Source: Ruminococcus sp. (lineage in GTDB: Bacteria; Bacillota; Clostridia; Oscillospirales; Ruminococcaceae). From it: 64,000 bases of DNA. The notes under the pieces were generated by a model that saw nothing but the letters and a program-made list of their open reading frames with translations, made no database searches and was not told the DNA's origin. This document shows positions 29,377-38,033 of the stretch, in pieces. The stretch spans positions 4,034-68,033 of the forward strand of contig JAIDQQ010000041.1 of the NCBI GenBank assembly GCA_029062165.1. Direction: 5' to 3'. The position numbers were made by a program, and so were the translations under genes. Positions within the stretch are counted from its first letter, which is position 1. Every line of letters begins with the position of its first letter.

Positions 29377-30573
29377 TTATCTGATTTTCAAAAAAAATTC
29401 TGCGGTGACTTTTCCGCCGTTTCCGGTATTGGATATATCGATACTACCACCACACTTTTCGCACAGTATTTTACATATATAAAGTCCGAGACCAAAATGT
29501 GAACTGTTTTGTTCCCTGTCGTCACGATAGAACGGTTCTTTAGCGAGTTTAAGGGCTTTTTCGGAAAAACCTTTGCCGTCGTCAATTACAGTTATTTTCA
29601 TACAGTCATCTGATACAGAAATATCTGCTGAAATCTTATTATCCGCATATCTTACGGCATTGGACATTATATTCTCGTATACTTCCATGATAAGCTGACA
29701 ATCAATAAACAGAATATCCGTATCGCTCTGGAAACTGAATGAAAATTTTTTATCCTTACAGATATACTTTCCGGACTCCGAAAAATTTTCCCTTAAAGTA
29801 CCGGAATTTACTTCGGTGGGAGCAGGTACAATGTCTTCGAGTTTCTGGACGGCACTCATTTTATAGGTATAACTTTCAAGGCGGTTTATCTGACCATTCA
29901 TTTTTGAAAGAATTTCAGATAATTTTTCCGGAGATATATTTTCACTGTACTTTGTCAGAAATTCATTATAGCCCTTTAGTACCGTGAGGGGCGTTCTCAA
30001 ATCGTGCGAAAATGCTGAATTTAAACGTTTTCGCTCTTCGAGTGACCGCCACATATTGCGGTTGTTTTCGTCGAGAGCCTGACGCATATTGTCAAAAGCC
30101 GTGCATAATTGTCCGAGTTCGTTATTTTTCGGGTACTCTATCCGGAAGTCAAGTTGATTGCCGGAAATTTTCTGTGAACCGTCAAGCAGAATTTCAATAG
30201 GTTTCTGAAGTTCTCGCTTATAGAAAATAATTCCTGTAACCGCCACACACGATATTATAAATGACGGTATCACTAAAAACTGTGAATATACAATTATACA
30301 ATATATTATCATATATTTTCTGTCTGCAAAGGGTCTCTTGTCGGTTACAACATATTTGTCAATAAACTGTTTGTCATCGAAAAGTACTTCCATTTTTTCG
30401 TCACGACTTGGAATAAGTCTAACATCTTTGTGAAGTGTTTCGTAATAGTCCTGTAGATAGTTCGTGCCTATTCCGATACCCATTGAACCGGAAAAAGCTA
30501 CGAAAAAACATACTGACAGATAAACCGCAAAACGCCATTTCAGCGAGGCAAAACTTTTTTTCACTTTACCCAT
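29377..30573 (-). CDS. Sensor histidine kinase (HisKA plus HATPase_c)
   Basis: Two TM helices. H-box FSHDLRTPL. N-box SNAVRY. G-boxes DDGKGF and GLGLYI. Confidence 0.85.
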   Translation of the reverse strand: MGKVKKSFASLKWRFAVYLSVCFFVAFSGSMGIGIGTNYLQDYYETLHKDVRLIPSRDEKMEVLFDDKQFIDKYVVTDKRPFADRKYMIIYCIIVYSQFLVIPSFIISCVAVTGIIFYKRELQKPIEILLDGSQKISGNQLDFRIEYPKNNELGQLCTAFDNMRQALDENNRNMWRSLEERKRLNSAFSHDLRTPLTVLKGYNEFLTKYSENISPEKLSEILSKMNGQINRLESYTYKMSAVQKLEDIVPAPTEVNSGTLRENFSESGKYICKDKKFSFSFQSDTDILFIDCQLIMEVYENIMSNAVRYADNKISADISVSDDCMKITVIDDGKGFSEKALKLAKEPFYRDDREQNSSHFGLGLYICKILCEKCGGSIDISNTGNGGKVTAEFFLKIR

Positions 30574-31226
30574 TTATAACCTATCCCCCATACCGTTTCA
30601 ATATGATACGCTTCGTCGGCGAGTTTAGCACGTATACGGCGGATATGTTCGGCGACTACGGTTGAATTACCGTCGGCATCATAACCCCATATTTTTTCGT
30701 AGATTCTTTCCTTGTCGAATACCTGACCGCTGTTCATGGAAAGAAGTTCGATAATTTCAAACTCCTTACGGGCGAATTTAATTCTGATACCGTTTACCGA
30801 TACCGTTTTAGCGGAATAGTCAATACTTACTCCACCATAAAAGCGTACGTTTGAAACGGCTTCGGAACGGCGTTCACGTCTGATATGTGCCATAACTCTC
30901 GCCCCGAGTTCTTCAATGGAAAACGGTTTTATGATGTAGTCGTCGCCACCGGATGCGAAACCGTTTATTTTGTCGCTGTCCTCAACCCTCGCCGTAAGAA
31001 ACAATATCGGGCATGAAACATAGTCACGTATTTTACGGCATACGGAAATACCGTCCATATCGGGCATATTTATATCAAGAAGTATTATATCCGGATTCAT
31101 TTTTATTCTGTCAAGTACCGCCGTACCGTTTTCAGCCGTAATGACTTCATAGCCGTTTATCTCGAAATAGTCTCTTAGCAGACTTAATACGTCGGGTTCG
31201 TCGTCCGCTACAAGTATTCTGTACAT
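30561..31226 (-). CDS. OmpR/PhoB-family response regulator
   Basis: The receiver domain carries DD and D (ILLDINMPDMDG) and K (IIKPF). The winged-helix C-terminus ends in VWGIGYKW. Confidence 0.9.
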   Translation of the reverse strand: MYRILVADDEPDVLSLLRDYFEINGYEVITAENGTAVLDRIKMNPDIILLDINMPDMDGISVCRKIRDYVSCPILFLTARVEDSDKINGFASGGDDYIIKPFSIEELGARVMAHIRRERRSEAVSNVRFYGGVSIDYSAKTVSVNGIRIKFARKEFEIIELLSMNSGQVFDKERIYEKIWGYDADGNSTVVAEHIRRIRAKLADEAYHIETVWGIGYKWVK

Positions 31227-31366
31227 AAAAAATCACCTCTTTGTTATTATAACATATAATTATCAACTTTTCATCAACTTATTTCATAATATCGCATTAC
31301 TGACATTATGCATTGACTTCCTTTTTACTAAAGCACAAAATATCAGTAAATCAGTACTAAATATCA

Positions 31367-31395
31367 TTACATTTTCCGGAAAGCCGTGCTATAAT
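31367..31395 (+). promoter_or_regulatory. Promoter (extended -10) for the lectin/beta-helix gene
   Basis: TTACAT, a 17-nt spacer, then TGcTATAAT. A roughly 125-nt A-rich leader follows. Confidence 0.45.
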
Positions 31396-31526
31396 ATAAT
31401 CAGAAAAACAAATACAGAACACAAACAACGTACAGAAAAGTGCGTTAAACAAGAAAAAGAAATCTGAAATAAACAAAAATCAATCCGAAAAAAACAAATA
31501 CACGTAATCAGAAAGAGGTAATTACA

Positions 31527-33044
31527 ATGAGCAAAGTAAGTAAGAAAATCGCAACAGTTGTTGCATCAATGTGCATCATGGCTACAGCAGTAGCTTCCAA
31601 CATAAGCGTTATGACAGCAGGTGCTGCTTCAGACTACATTTCAGACGGCTGGTACTACATCAAGAACATCAACAGCCAGAAGTACATTGACGTTGCAGGC
31701 GGTAAGGGCGTAAACGGTTCAAACGTTATTCAGTATCAGGGTAACGGCGGAGCTAATCAGAAATGGTACGTCAAGAACCTCGGTAACAACGTTATCACAC
31801 TCCAGTCAGGTGTAGGAAGTAATCTCATGCTTGACATCGCCAACGGTGCTAACGAAGACGGTGCAAACGTTCAGCTCTGGGAAGCTAATGGTGCAACAGC
31901 ACAGCAGTTCAAGGTTGTAAAGAACTCCGATAATGTTTACTGCTTACTTACTGAAAATTCCGGCGAAAGCAAAGCAGTTGACGTTTATGGTTGGTCAGCA
32001 GAAAACAACGGTAATATCAATCAGTGGTCATATAACGGTCTTGCTTGTCAGCAGTTCAAGTTTGAGGCTACTTCAAACGGTTCTGCACCGGCTTCAAGTT
32101 CTTCAAGTAGTTCCTCATCTTCAAGCAATTCCGGAAATACTATCGAAGTCAAGAACGGCGGTACTTCACTTTCAGACGCTATAAAGAAAGCTAAATCCGG
32201 TACAACAATTGTTATCAATGGTACTGTTAAGTCAGGTGCTGTAAAAGTTCCGGCAGGCGTAAACATCTCCGGTAAGAACAACGCTACTATTGACTTCTCT
32301 TCAACATCAGGCTCAAATGGCAGAGGTCTTTCATTCTACGAAAACGGCTCAAGAGTAGAAAACGTTACAATTATAAACGCTTCCGATAACGGTATCTACA
32401 TTGAGGGTTCTAACAATACTTTTGACCACGTTACAACAGCTTACAATGAAGACGCAGGTTTTCAGGTATGTAACGGCGGTTCAGATAACAAATTCCTTAA
32501 CTGCTACTCACACCACAATGCAGACGCTAAGGGCGAAAATGCTGACGGTTTCGCAAACAAACTCCATTCCGGTACAGGCAACTACTATGAAAACTGTATC
32601 GCTGAATACAACAGTGACGACGGTTGGGACTGTTACGCCGCACACGGTGCTGTAACTCTCGTAAACTGTCAGGCTAACTACAACGGCTACTGCGATGGTA
32701 TCTACGGTGACGGTAACGGATTCAAAATGGGTGGCGTTGATAACAAGACCGACGGCGTAAAGGCTCACCTTGACCCACTCAACCACGTACTTAAAGGCTG
32801 TACTGCTAAAGGAAATCTCGCTTCCGGTTTCGACAGAAACAATCAGAGCGGTGTCGTAACTATGGAAAACTGTACTGCTGACGGTAACAAGAAAAACAAC
32901 TACAACTGGCCCGCTAATGGTACACCTTCCGCACTCGGATATAAGGTAACATTCGGTAAAGCTAAGATTATAAACTCAACTTCAAAGAACGGCAAGAACA
33001 ATATCACAGGTGCAACACTCTCCGGAAATTGCAGTGGTTTCTGA
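31527..33044 (+). CDS. Secreted ricin-B lectin (CBM13-like) plus right-handed beta-helix polysaccharide lyase/pectate-lyase-like protein
   Basis: A signal peptide. Three QxW/QxF beta-trefoil repeats (NQKWY, AQQFK, CQQFK). A poly-Ser linker. Beta-helix repeats with NADGF, DDGWD and GNGFKMGG motifs. Confidence 0.7.
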   Translation: MSKVSKKIATVVASMCIMATAVASNISVMTAGAASDYISDGWYYIKNINSQKYIDVAGGKGVNGSNVIQYQGNGGANQKWYVKNLGNNVITLQSGVGSNLMLDIANGANEDGANVQLWEANGATAQQFKVVKNSDNVYCLLTENSGESKAVDVYGWSAENNGNINQWSYNGLACQQFKFEATSNGSAPASSSSSSSSSSSNSGNTIEVKNGGTSLSDAIKKAKSGTTIVINGTVKSGAVKVPAGVNISGKNNATIDFSSTSGSNGRGLSFYENGSRVENVTIINASDNGIYIEGSNNTFDHVTTAYNEDAGFQVCNGGSDNKFLNCYSHHNADAKGENADGFANKLHSGTGNYYENCIAEYNSDDGWDCYAAHGAVTLVNCQANYNGYCDGIYGDGNGFKMGGVDNKTDGVKAHLDPLNHVLKGCTAKGNLASGFDRNNQSGVVTMENCTADGNKKNNYNWPANGTPSALGYKVTFGKAKIINSTSKNGKNNITGATLSGNCSGF

Positions 33045-33088
33045 TTAATTGAAAAGTGACTTCTCTTAAATAAATATGCTTATTACAG

Positions 33089-33124
33089 GACTGTACGGAA
33101 CATATATTCTGTACAGTCTTTGTA
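33089..33124 (+). terminator. Hairpin terminator after the lyase gene
   Basis: A 12-bp stem GACTGTACGGAA/TTCTGTACAGTC (one G-U pair) with a 6-nt loop, then TTTGTATT. Confidence 0.5.
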
Positions 33125-33166
33125 TTCCGTAAAAAAAATGACATACTTTTCTGTACGCCATTAATT

Positions 33167-33901
33167 TCAGACAAATTTACTGAAATGTAGTTTTTCAATG
33201 AACTGTTTGTTTTCCTTGATATAAAATATAATGCTTATCCATTTACCTTTTTTATCGGATTTTCCCATTTTGTACGTATATAATATATCGGTATTTTCAG
33301 ATAATGATTTCTGACAGGCATCAAGAACACGTATTCTGAAACTGTCAAAACGTCGGTATTCTTCCGGACGTAAGCCGAGTAAACTTTTAAGTTCGGCAAC
33401 ATCAATTTCAAGCATTCCGATATTGAGATAACGTTTCATTAATTTGTACATACGTATCTGATTTTCTGATTTAAGAAAAAAATAATTCCAGAAATGATTT
33501 TTGAAATAATATTCACTGAAATCAGTAAGAAGCGGTAAAATGTTATTATTTGAATTAAATGAAAGAAATAATTTATTATTCTGATTTCTGTAAATTCCGC
33601 AGTCACTGAAGATGTGTGCCGTCCGGTTATAATTGTTTTCTTCCGGTATTTCTACAATCTTGTTCAGTAGTATGTTTATCGTCCGGCGGAAATAATTATT
33701 GTTTTCTTTTTCTATATCCATAATTTCACAGAAATCCTCAAATGAAAATTCAATATTTCCGTCGGAATTTTTTTCAGAATTTATTTTCGCAAGATATACG
33801 GTAAAAAAACGTTTTTCCGAAATAGTCATATCATTTATCAGATTTTCAAGGACTTTTATTTTTTCGGATAAACTTTTATCTTTTTTTCTTTTTTTCTTCA
33901 C
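33167..33901 (-). CDS. Rep_3/RepB-like plasmid replication initiator homologue (chromosomal orphan)
   Basis: The pattern is typical of Rep_3 initiators: an N-terminal segment (EKRFFTVYLAKI, FSFEDFCEIM) and a C-terminal segment (LKSLLGL..EEYRRFDSFRIRVLDACQKSL.ENTDI...Y...K...KWISIIFYI). Confidence 0.55.
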   Translation of the reverse strand: MKKKRKKDKSLSEKIKVLENLINDMTISEKRFFTVYLAKINSEKNSDGNIEFSFEDFCEIMDIEKENNNYFRRTINILLNKIVEIPEENNYNRTAHIFSDCGIYRNQNNKLFLSFNSNNNILPLLTDFSEYYFKNHFWNYFFLKSENQIRMYKLMKRYLNIGMLEIDVAELKSLLGLRPEEYRRFDSFRIRVLDACQKSLSENTDILYTYKMGKSDKKGKWISIIFYIKENKQFIEKLHFSKFV

Positions 33902-33920
33902 GGAAACACCTCCGGAGATG

Positions 33921-35195
33921 TCAATTGAGGTATTTTCTGTAATTATCCGCCGATTTTTCAGTAAGTCTGTAACCGCTCCTGAGACGTTCAGAAGCGATTT
34001 CCGATTTTATTCTTTTCGGTATATCCTGCTCCAGTATGTGACTGTCGTAAAAATTTAAGTCAAGAAATTTACCGTCCTTATCGTTGACGAAACAATTTTC
34101 ATAAAATTCAAGAAGTTCAGAATCTATTATATCTTCGTATGTTGAGTAAGGCACGTAAGGAATCCAGAATAAAATTTCCGCATAAACTTCATTGAAATCG
34201 AATATTATTCTGAAACGTCGGTTATAGTTGCTAAAATTCCAACTGAATTTATGGAAAATATTTTCGGACTTTTCGATTGTGAAAGTATCGTTCCGGAAAA
34301 TGTTTACTTTAGCATCGCCGAATATGCTTATATGTTTGATATATTCCAGTCTTTCGGGGAAAATCTGCTTTTCACGAAGTCTTAACGGATTCCACAGATA
34401 AACGTCACGGGTGGCGATACAGCTTACATTTTCGTATATAAGAACGTCATCATCAGAATTTTCATAAAGTTGTGTATCGTTTATCACAGGATGTTTTTTG
34501 TTCATACTGGAAAGATAAGTCCAGTTTTTACGCCGTGCGAAATCTTCCGGAAGTCTTATTTTTTCGAGATTATCGCAACAACTTAAAGAAGTTCCGTAAA
34601 ATTCGGTTACACTGTCGGGGATATAGATTTCACGTATAGATGAATTATGAAACGCAAGACTATCAATTTTTTCGAGATTTTCAGGAAGTATTATTTTTTT
34701 CGCCACAGAATCCTTAAAAGCATTGTAACCTATTGTTTTAACGTAATCCGGTACGTGTATAACGTCAGATTTTTCCCGACACCATACTAATTTATCGCCG
34801 ATAATAAGCGTTTCGGTATTTTCATAGAACGGCGTATCGGAAAAACTTCTTTCGCTACAACCGATAAGATATTCAGTTCCTACTACTTCTTCAATTGCGG
34901 AATCACAAAATGCGTAAAAACAATAATCTATTCTTCCCTGAAACGTTATCTTTTTAAGTTTTTCACACTTTGAAAAAACAAGCGATGATATATAACGTAC
35001 TCCGTCAGGTATGATTATTTCAGTTATTTCAGATTGTGCAAAGGCAAACAATTCTATTTTTGTTACCGGAAATTCGCCTATAAATTGTGGTACTTCTACT
35101 TTCCCACCGTTTCCGATATATTTTTTTATATGTATTTTTCCGTGTTTCCGCCGGAATACGTATTCTTTCAAAGCGTTTTCGTATGATATTTTCAT
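33921..35195 (-). CDS. BspA-type leucine-rich-repeat (LRR_5) protein, no signal peptide
   Basis: Repeats of the form I.IPD.V..I...AF..C..L..I are present, for example IIIPDGVRYISSLVFSKCEKLKKITF and IYIPDSVTEFYGTSLSCCDNLEKIRLP. Confidence 0.65.
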   Translation of the reverse strand: MKISYENALKEYVFRRKHGKIHIKKYIGNGGKVEVPQFIGEFPVTKIELFAFAQSEITEIIIPDGVRYISSLVFSKCEKLKKITFQGRIDYCFYAFCDSAIEEVVGTEYLIGCSERSFSDTPFYENTETLIIGDKLVWCREKSDVIHVPDYVKTIGYNAFKDSVAKKIILPENLEKIDSLAFHNSSIREIYIPDSVTEFYGTSLSCCDNLEKIRLPEDFARRKNWTYLSSMNKKHPVINDTQLYENSDDDVLIYENVSCIATRDVYLWNPLRLREKQIFPERLEYIKHISIFGDAKVNIFRNDTFTIEKSENIFHKFSWNFSNYNRRFRIIFDFNEVYAEILFWIPYVPYSTYEDIIDSELLEFYENCFVNDKDGKFLDLNFYDSHILEQDIPKRIKSEIASERLRSGYRLTEKSADNYRKYLN

Positions 35196-35205
35196 TTTAT
35201 CCCTC

Positions 35206-35234
35206 TTGACTTTTCGATATTTTTATGATATAAT
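35206..35234 (+). promoter_or_regulatory. Near-consensus promoter driving the tRNA-like RNA
   Basis: TTGACT (35206-35211), a 17-nt spacer, then TATAAT (35229-35234). Confidence 0.6.
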
Positions 35235-35280
35235 ACAAACGTGAAGCCGAATCCGTGTGGTGAGGTTTCACCGTGGAAAA

Positions 35281-35377
35281 ATTTATATAGTTCAGTGGCA
35301 GAACGTAAGCTCACCTGTGGTACTCCTACCACGACAAGAGCCGTGCAGTTACAGCGGTTCGATTCCGTTTGTAAATT
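35281..35377 (+). ncRNA. tRNA-like small RNA with non-canonical tRNA architecture
   Basis: The D-arm reads TA-GTTC-AGTGGCA-GAAC. The T-arm reads AGCGG-TTCGATT-CCGTT. A 7-bp all-A/T acceptor-like helix pairs ATTTATA with TGTAAAT and can extend to 11 bp. Between the D and T arms lie 47 nt instead of about 22, and no 5-bp/7-nt anticodon arm is present. That stretch contains the hairpin GTGGTA-CTCC-TACCAC. No CCA is encoded. Confidence 0.5.
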
Positions 35378-35383
35378 TTTCGT

Positions 35384-35417
35384 ATGCTTTCGCCTTTCGG
35401 TGAAGGCATATTTTTTT
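35384..35417 (+). terminator. Rho-independent terminator of the tRNA-like RNA
   Basis: An 11-bp stem ATGCTTTCGCC/GGTGAAGGCAT (two G-U pairs) with a TTTC loop, followed by A-T7. Confidence 0.65.
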
Positions 35418-35458
35418 ATTATTTTAACATATATCAGATGATATGTCAAGAGTTTTCC

Positions 35459-35487
35459 TTGACAAAACCTACAAAACAGGATAGAAT
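35459..35487 (+). promoter_or_regulatory. Promoter of the GH9 gene
   Basis: TTGACA, a 17-nt spacer, then TAGAAT. The GGAGG RBS sits before the ATG at 35520. Confidence 0.55.
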
Positions 35488-35519
35488 AATTATATATATG
35501 AATAAAAACGGAGGTCATT

Positions 35520-37964
35520 ATGAATCTGAAAAAACGTCTTATAGCCGGTGCAATGTGTACCGCTACCGCCTTATGTCAGCTTACAGCGAATCTGCCTGTA
35601 GCTTATTCCGCTGAAGAACTCGCTGAATCAATCGCAAACGATTCCGGACTTGATTACGATTTTGCACGTGCTTTACAGTATTCCATATATTTCTACGATG
35701 CCAATATGTGTGGTACGGAAGTTGAAGAAAACAATCGCTATTCATGGCGTGGGAACTGTCATACATATGATGCTGAAATACCACTCATACCTATGCCTGA
35801 CAGTAAAAGTTCCGGTACAAATCTTACACAGGAATTTATCGACAAATACAGGGATATTCTTGACCCTGACGGTGACGGTCTCATAGATGTCGCCGGTGGT
35901 TTCCATGACGCCGGTGACCATGTTAAATTCGGTATGCCCGAAAACTATGCCGCTTCTACAGTCGGCTGGGGTTATTATGAATTTCGTGATTCGTATGTGA
36001 AAACCGGTCAGCAGGAACACATTGAAACAATTCTCCGCTATTTCAATGACTATCTCATGAAATGTACTTTCCGTGACAAAGACGGTACAGTAATAGCACA
36101 CTGCTATCAGGTAGGCGACGGCGATATTGACCATGCTTACTGGAACTCACCGGAAGTAGACAGTATGGTACGTCCGGCATTTTTCCTTACTGCCGACAAA
36201 CCACAAACTGACTACGTAGCATCAGCGGCGGCGTCACTGGCGATAAACTACCTCAATTTCAAGGATACTGACCCTGAATACGCTGAAAAATCCCTCGATT
36301 ACGCAAAGGCTCTGTTTAAATTCGCTATGGATAATCCGAAAGAACTTAGCGACAATGAAGACGGTCCGAAAGGTTATTACCGGTCAAGCAAGTGGGAAGA
36401 CGATTACTGTTGGGCGGCTGCATGGCTTTACAAGATAACCGGCGAACACAAATATCTTGAAGAAATATATCCTAATTACGACTACTACGCCGCACCTTGT
36501 TATGTACACTGCTGGAATGATGTATGGGGTGGTGTTCAATGCGTACTGGGTGAAATATGTATGGAAAAACCTCTTAAAGACGGCGAACACGTCTATCCGG
36601 ATTTCATAGACGAGTTTAAAGAAGTAGCCGGTAAAAGTCCGTACGAGGAAATGAACTGCTGGGAATCCGTCGCAAAAGCTATTGAAACTTATATGTCCGG
36701 CGGTATCGGAACAGTTACACCGGCTGGCTACTGGTGGTTAGATACGTGGGGTTCTGCACGATATAATACAGCCGGACAGTTAATGGCACTCGTACACGAC
36801 AAGTACGTAAACGGCGGAAAAGCCGGTAAATACGGCGAATGGGCAAAAAGTCAGATGGAATATATTATGGGAAATAATCCGCTGAAACGTTCGTATATAG
36901 TCGGATATAACGAAAACTCGGTAAAATATCCGCATCACAGGGCGTGTTCCGGACTTACCAAATGCGAAGACCTCGACGAACACAGATACGTTCTGTACGG
37001 AGCTTTGGCAGGTGGTCCTGATAATGAAGACGGTCATAACGATACTACAGCCGACTGGATTTACAACGAAGTAACCATTGACTACAATGCGGCATTCGTC
37101 GGAGCGTGTGCCGGTCTGTATGAATTTTTCGGTACGGAAGATATGAAACCTACTAAAGATTTCCCACCTGCTCCGAAGTACAGCGGTGGTGCAAGCGGTG
37201 GTAATAATTACTGGGTCAATGCCTGCGGTATAGATGACCTCAAGGCTGACGGTTGCGGTGTTACTAAAATATCGCTTATGGTTATGACCGATTCTACCAA
37301 AATAAACAACGATATTTCAGTAAGATATTATTTCAACAGTTCGGAAATATCCGACGTGAACACCGTCACGGCAAGCAAACTCTATGACCAGTCGGAAGTA
37401 GAAGCCGGTGCGACAAGTTCCATAAGCGGTGTACAGAAATACGATAAATTACCCGATACTTATTACGTAGAAATAAAGTGGAAAGACTATAACATAGCAA
37501 ATTCCGGTAAAAAGTATCAGTTTACGCTAGGAATGTACTATGGCGACAAGTGGAATCCTGAAAACGACTGGAGTTATCAGGAACTTGAAATTTTCAAGGA
37601 CGATACTGCTTTTTTCGGTACGGGAAATGAAGTCCGTAATGATAATATATGTGTTTATTCCGACGGCATACTTGTCGGCGGTATCGAACCCGACGGAAGC
37701 AAACCGGAAACTTCTACAGCGGAAACTGATAAAATTCTTTACGGAGACTCAAATTGTGATAATGAAGTAAGTCTTTCTGATGCGGTATTTATAATGCAGT
37801 CGCTTGCAAATCCGGATGAGTTTAAACTTTCGGAGCAGGGTATGAAAAATGCTGATGTAGTCGGTAATGACGGCGTTACAAGCAATGACGCTCTTGCAAT
37901 ACAGATGGTAGGTATAAATCTTCTGAAACAAACCGATTTCCCACTTAATGAACTAATTGTATAA
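35520..37964 (+). CDS. Cellulosomal GH9 endoglucanase with a CBM3-like module and C-terminal type I dockerin
   Basis: A signal peptide. GH9 signatures GGFHDAGDHVKFGMP, YPHHRA and NEVTIDYNAAF. The dockerin carries a duplicated Ca-loop (GDSNCDNEVSLSD and VVGNDGVTSND). Confidence 0.9.
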   Translation: MNLKKRLIAGAMCTATALCQLTANLPVAYSAEELAESIANDSGLDYDFARALQYSIYFYDANMCGTEVEENNRYSWRGNCHTYDAEIPLIPMPDSKSSGTNLTQEFIDKYRDILDPDGDGLIDVAGGFHDAGDHVKFGMPENYAASTVGWGYYEFRDSYVKTGQQEHIETILRYFNDYLMKCTFRDKDGTVIAHCYQVGDGDIDHAYWNSPEVDSMVRPAFFLTADKPQTDYVASAAASLAINYLNFKDTDPEYAEKSLDYAKALFKFAMDNPKELSDNEDGPKGYYRSSKWEDDYCWAAAWLYKITGEHKYLEEIYPNYDYYAAPCYVHCWNDVWGGVQCVLGEICMEKPLKDGEHVYPDFIDEFKEVAGKSPYEEMNCWESVAKAIETYMSGGIGTVTPAGYWWLDTWGSARYNTAGQLMALVHDKYVNGGKAGKYGEWAKSQMEYIMGNNPLKRSYIVGYNENSVKYPHHRACSGLTKCEDLDEHRYVLYGALAGGPDNEDGHNDTTADWIYNEVTIDYNAAFVGACAGLYEFFGTEDMKPTKDFPPAPKYSGGASGGNNYWVNACGIDDLKADGCGVTKISLMVMTDSTKINNDISVRYYFNSSEISDVNTVTASKLYDQSEVEAGATSSISGVQKYDKLPDTYYVEIKWKDYNIANSGKKYQFTLGMYYGDKWNPENDWSYQELEIFKDDTAFFGTGNEVRNDNICVYSDGILVGGIEPDGSKPETSTAETDKILYGDSNCDNEVSLSDAVFIMQSLANPDEFKLSEQGMKNADVVGNDGVTSNDALAIQMVGINLLKQTDFPLNELIV

Positions 37965-37972
37965 AAACATAC

Positions 37973-38001
37973 TTGACAAATTATAGAACGCATGATATAA
38001 T
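37973..38001 (+). promoter_or_regulatory. Consensus promoter of the hydrolase gene
   Basis: TTGACA, a 17-nt spacer, then TATAAT. Confidence 0.55.
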
Positions 38002-38033
38002 TGCTTTATATTTTTTGATATGGAGGTTTTTAC

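Noticed and set aside
35281-35377. Calling this element a genuine tRNA gene, or tRNA-Sec
   Set aside because: No register gives a 5-bp stem with a 7-nt loop and U33 or a purine at position 37. The D-to-T spacing is 47 nt. The acceptor helix is all A/T, and the D-arm is not the 6-bp/4-nt Sec type. It is kept only as tRNA-like.
35192-35614. Small ORFs on both strands over the tRNA-like RNA region (108, 66 and 76 aa)
   Set aside because: The region is bracketed by a consensus promoter and a terminator and shows tRNA D-arm and T-arm motifs. The ORFs lack RBSs.
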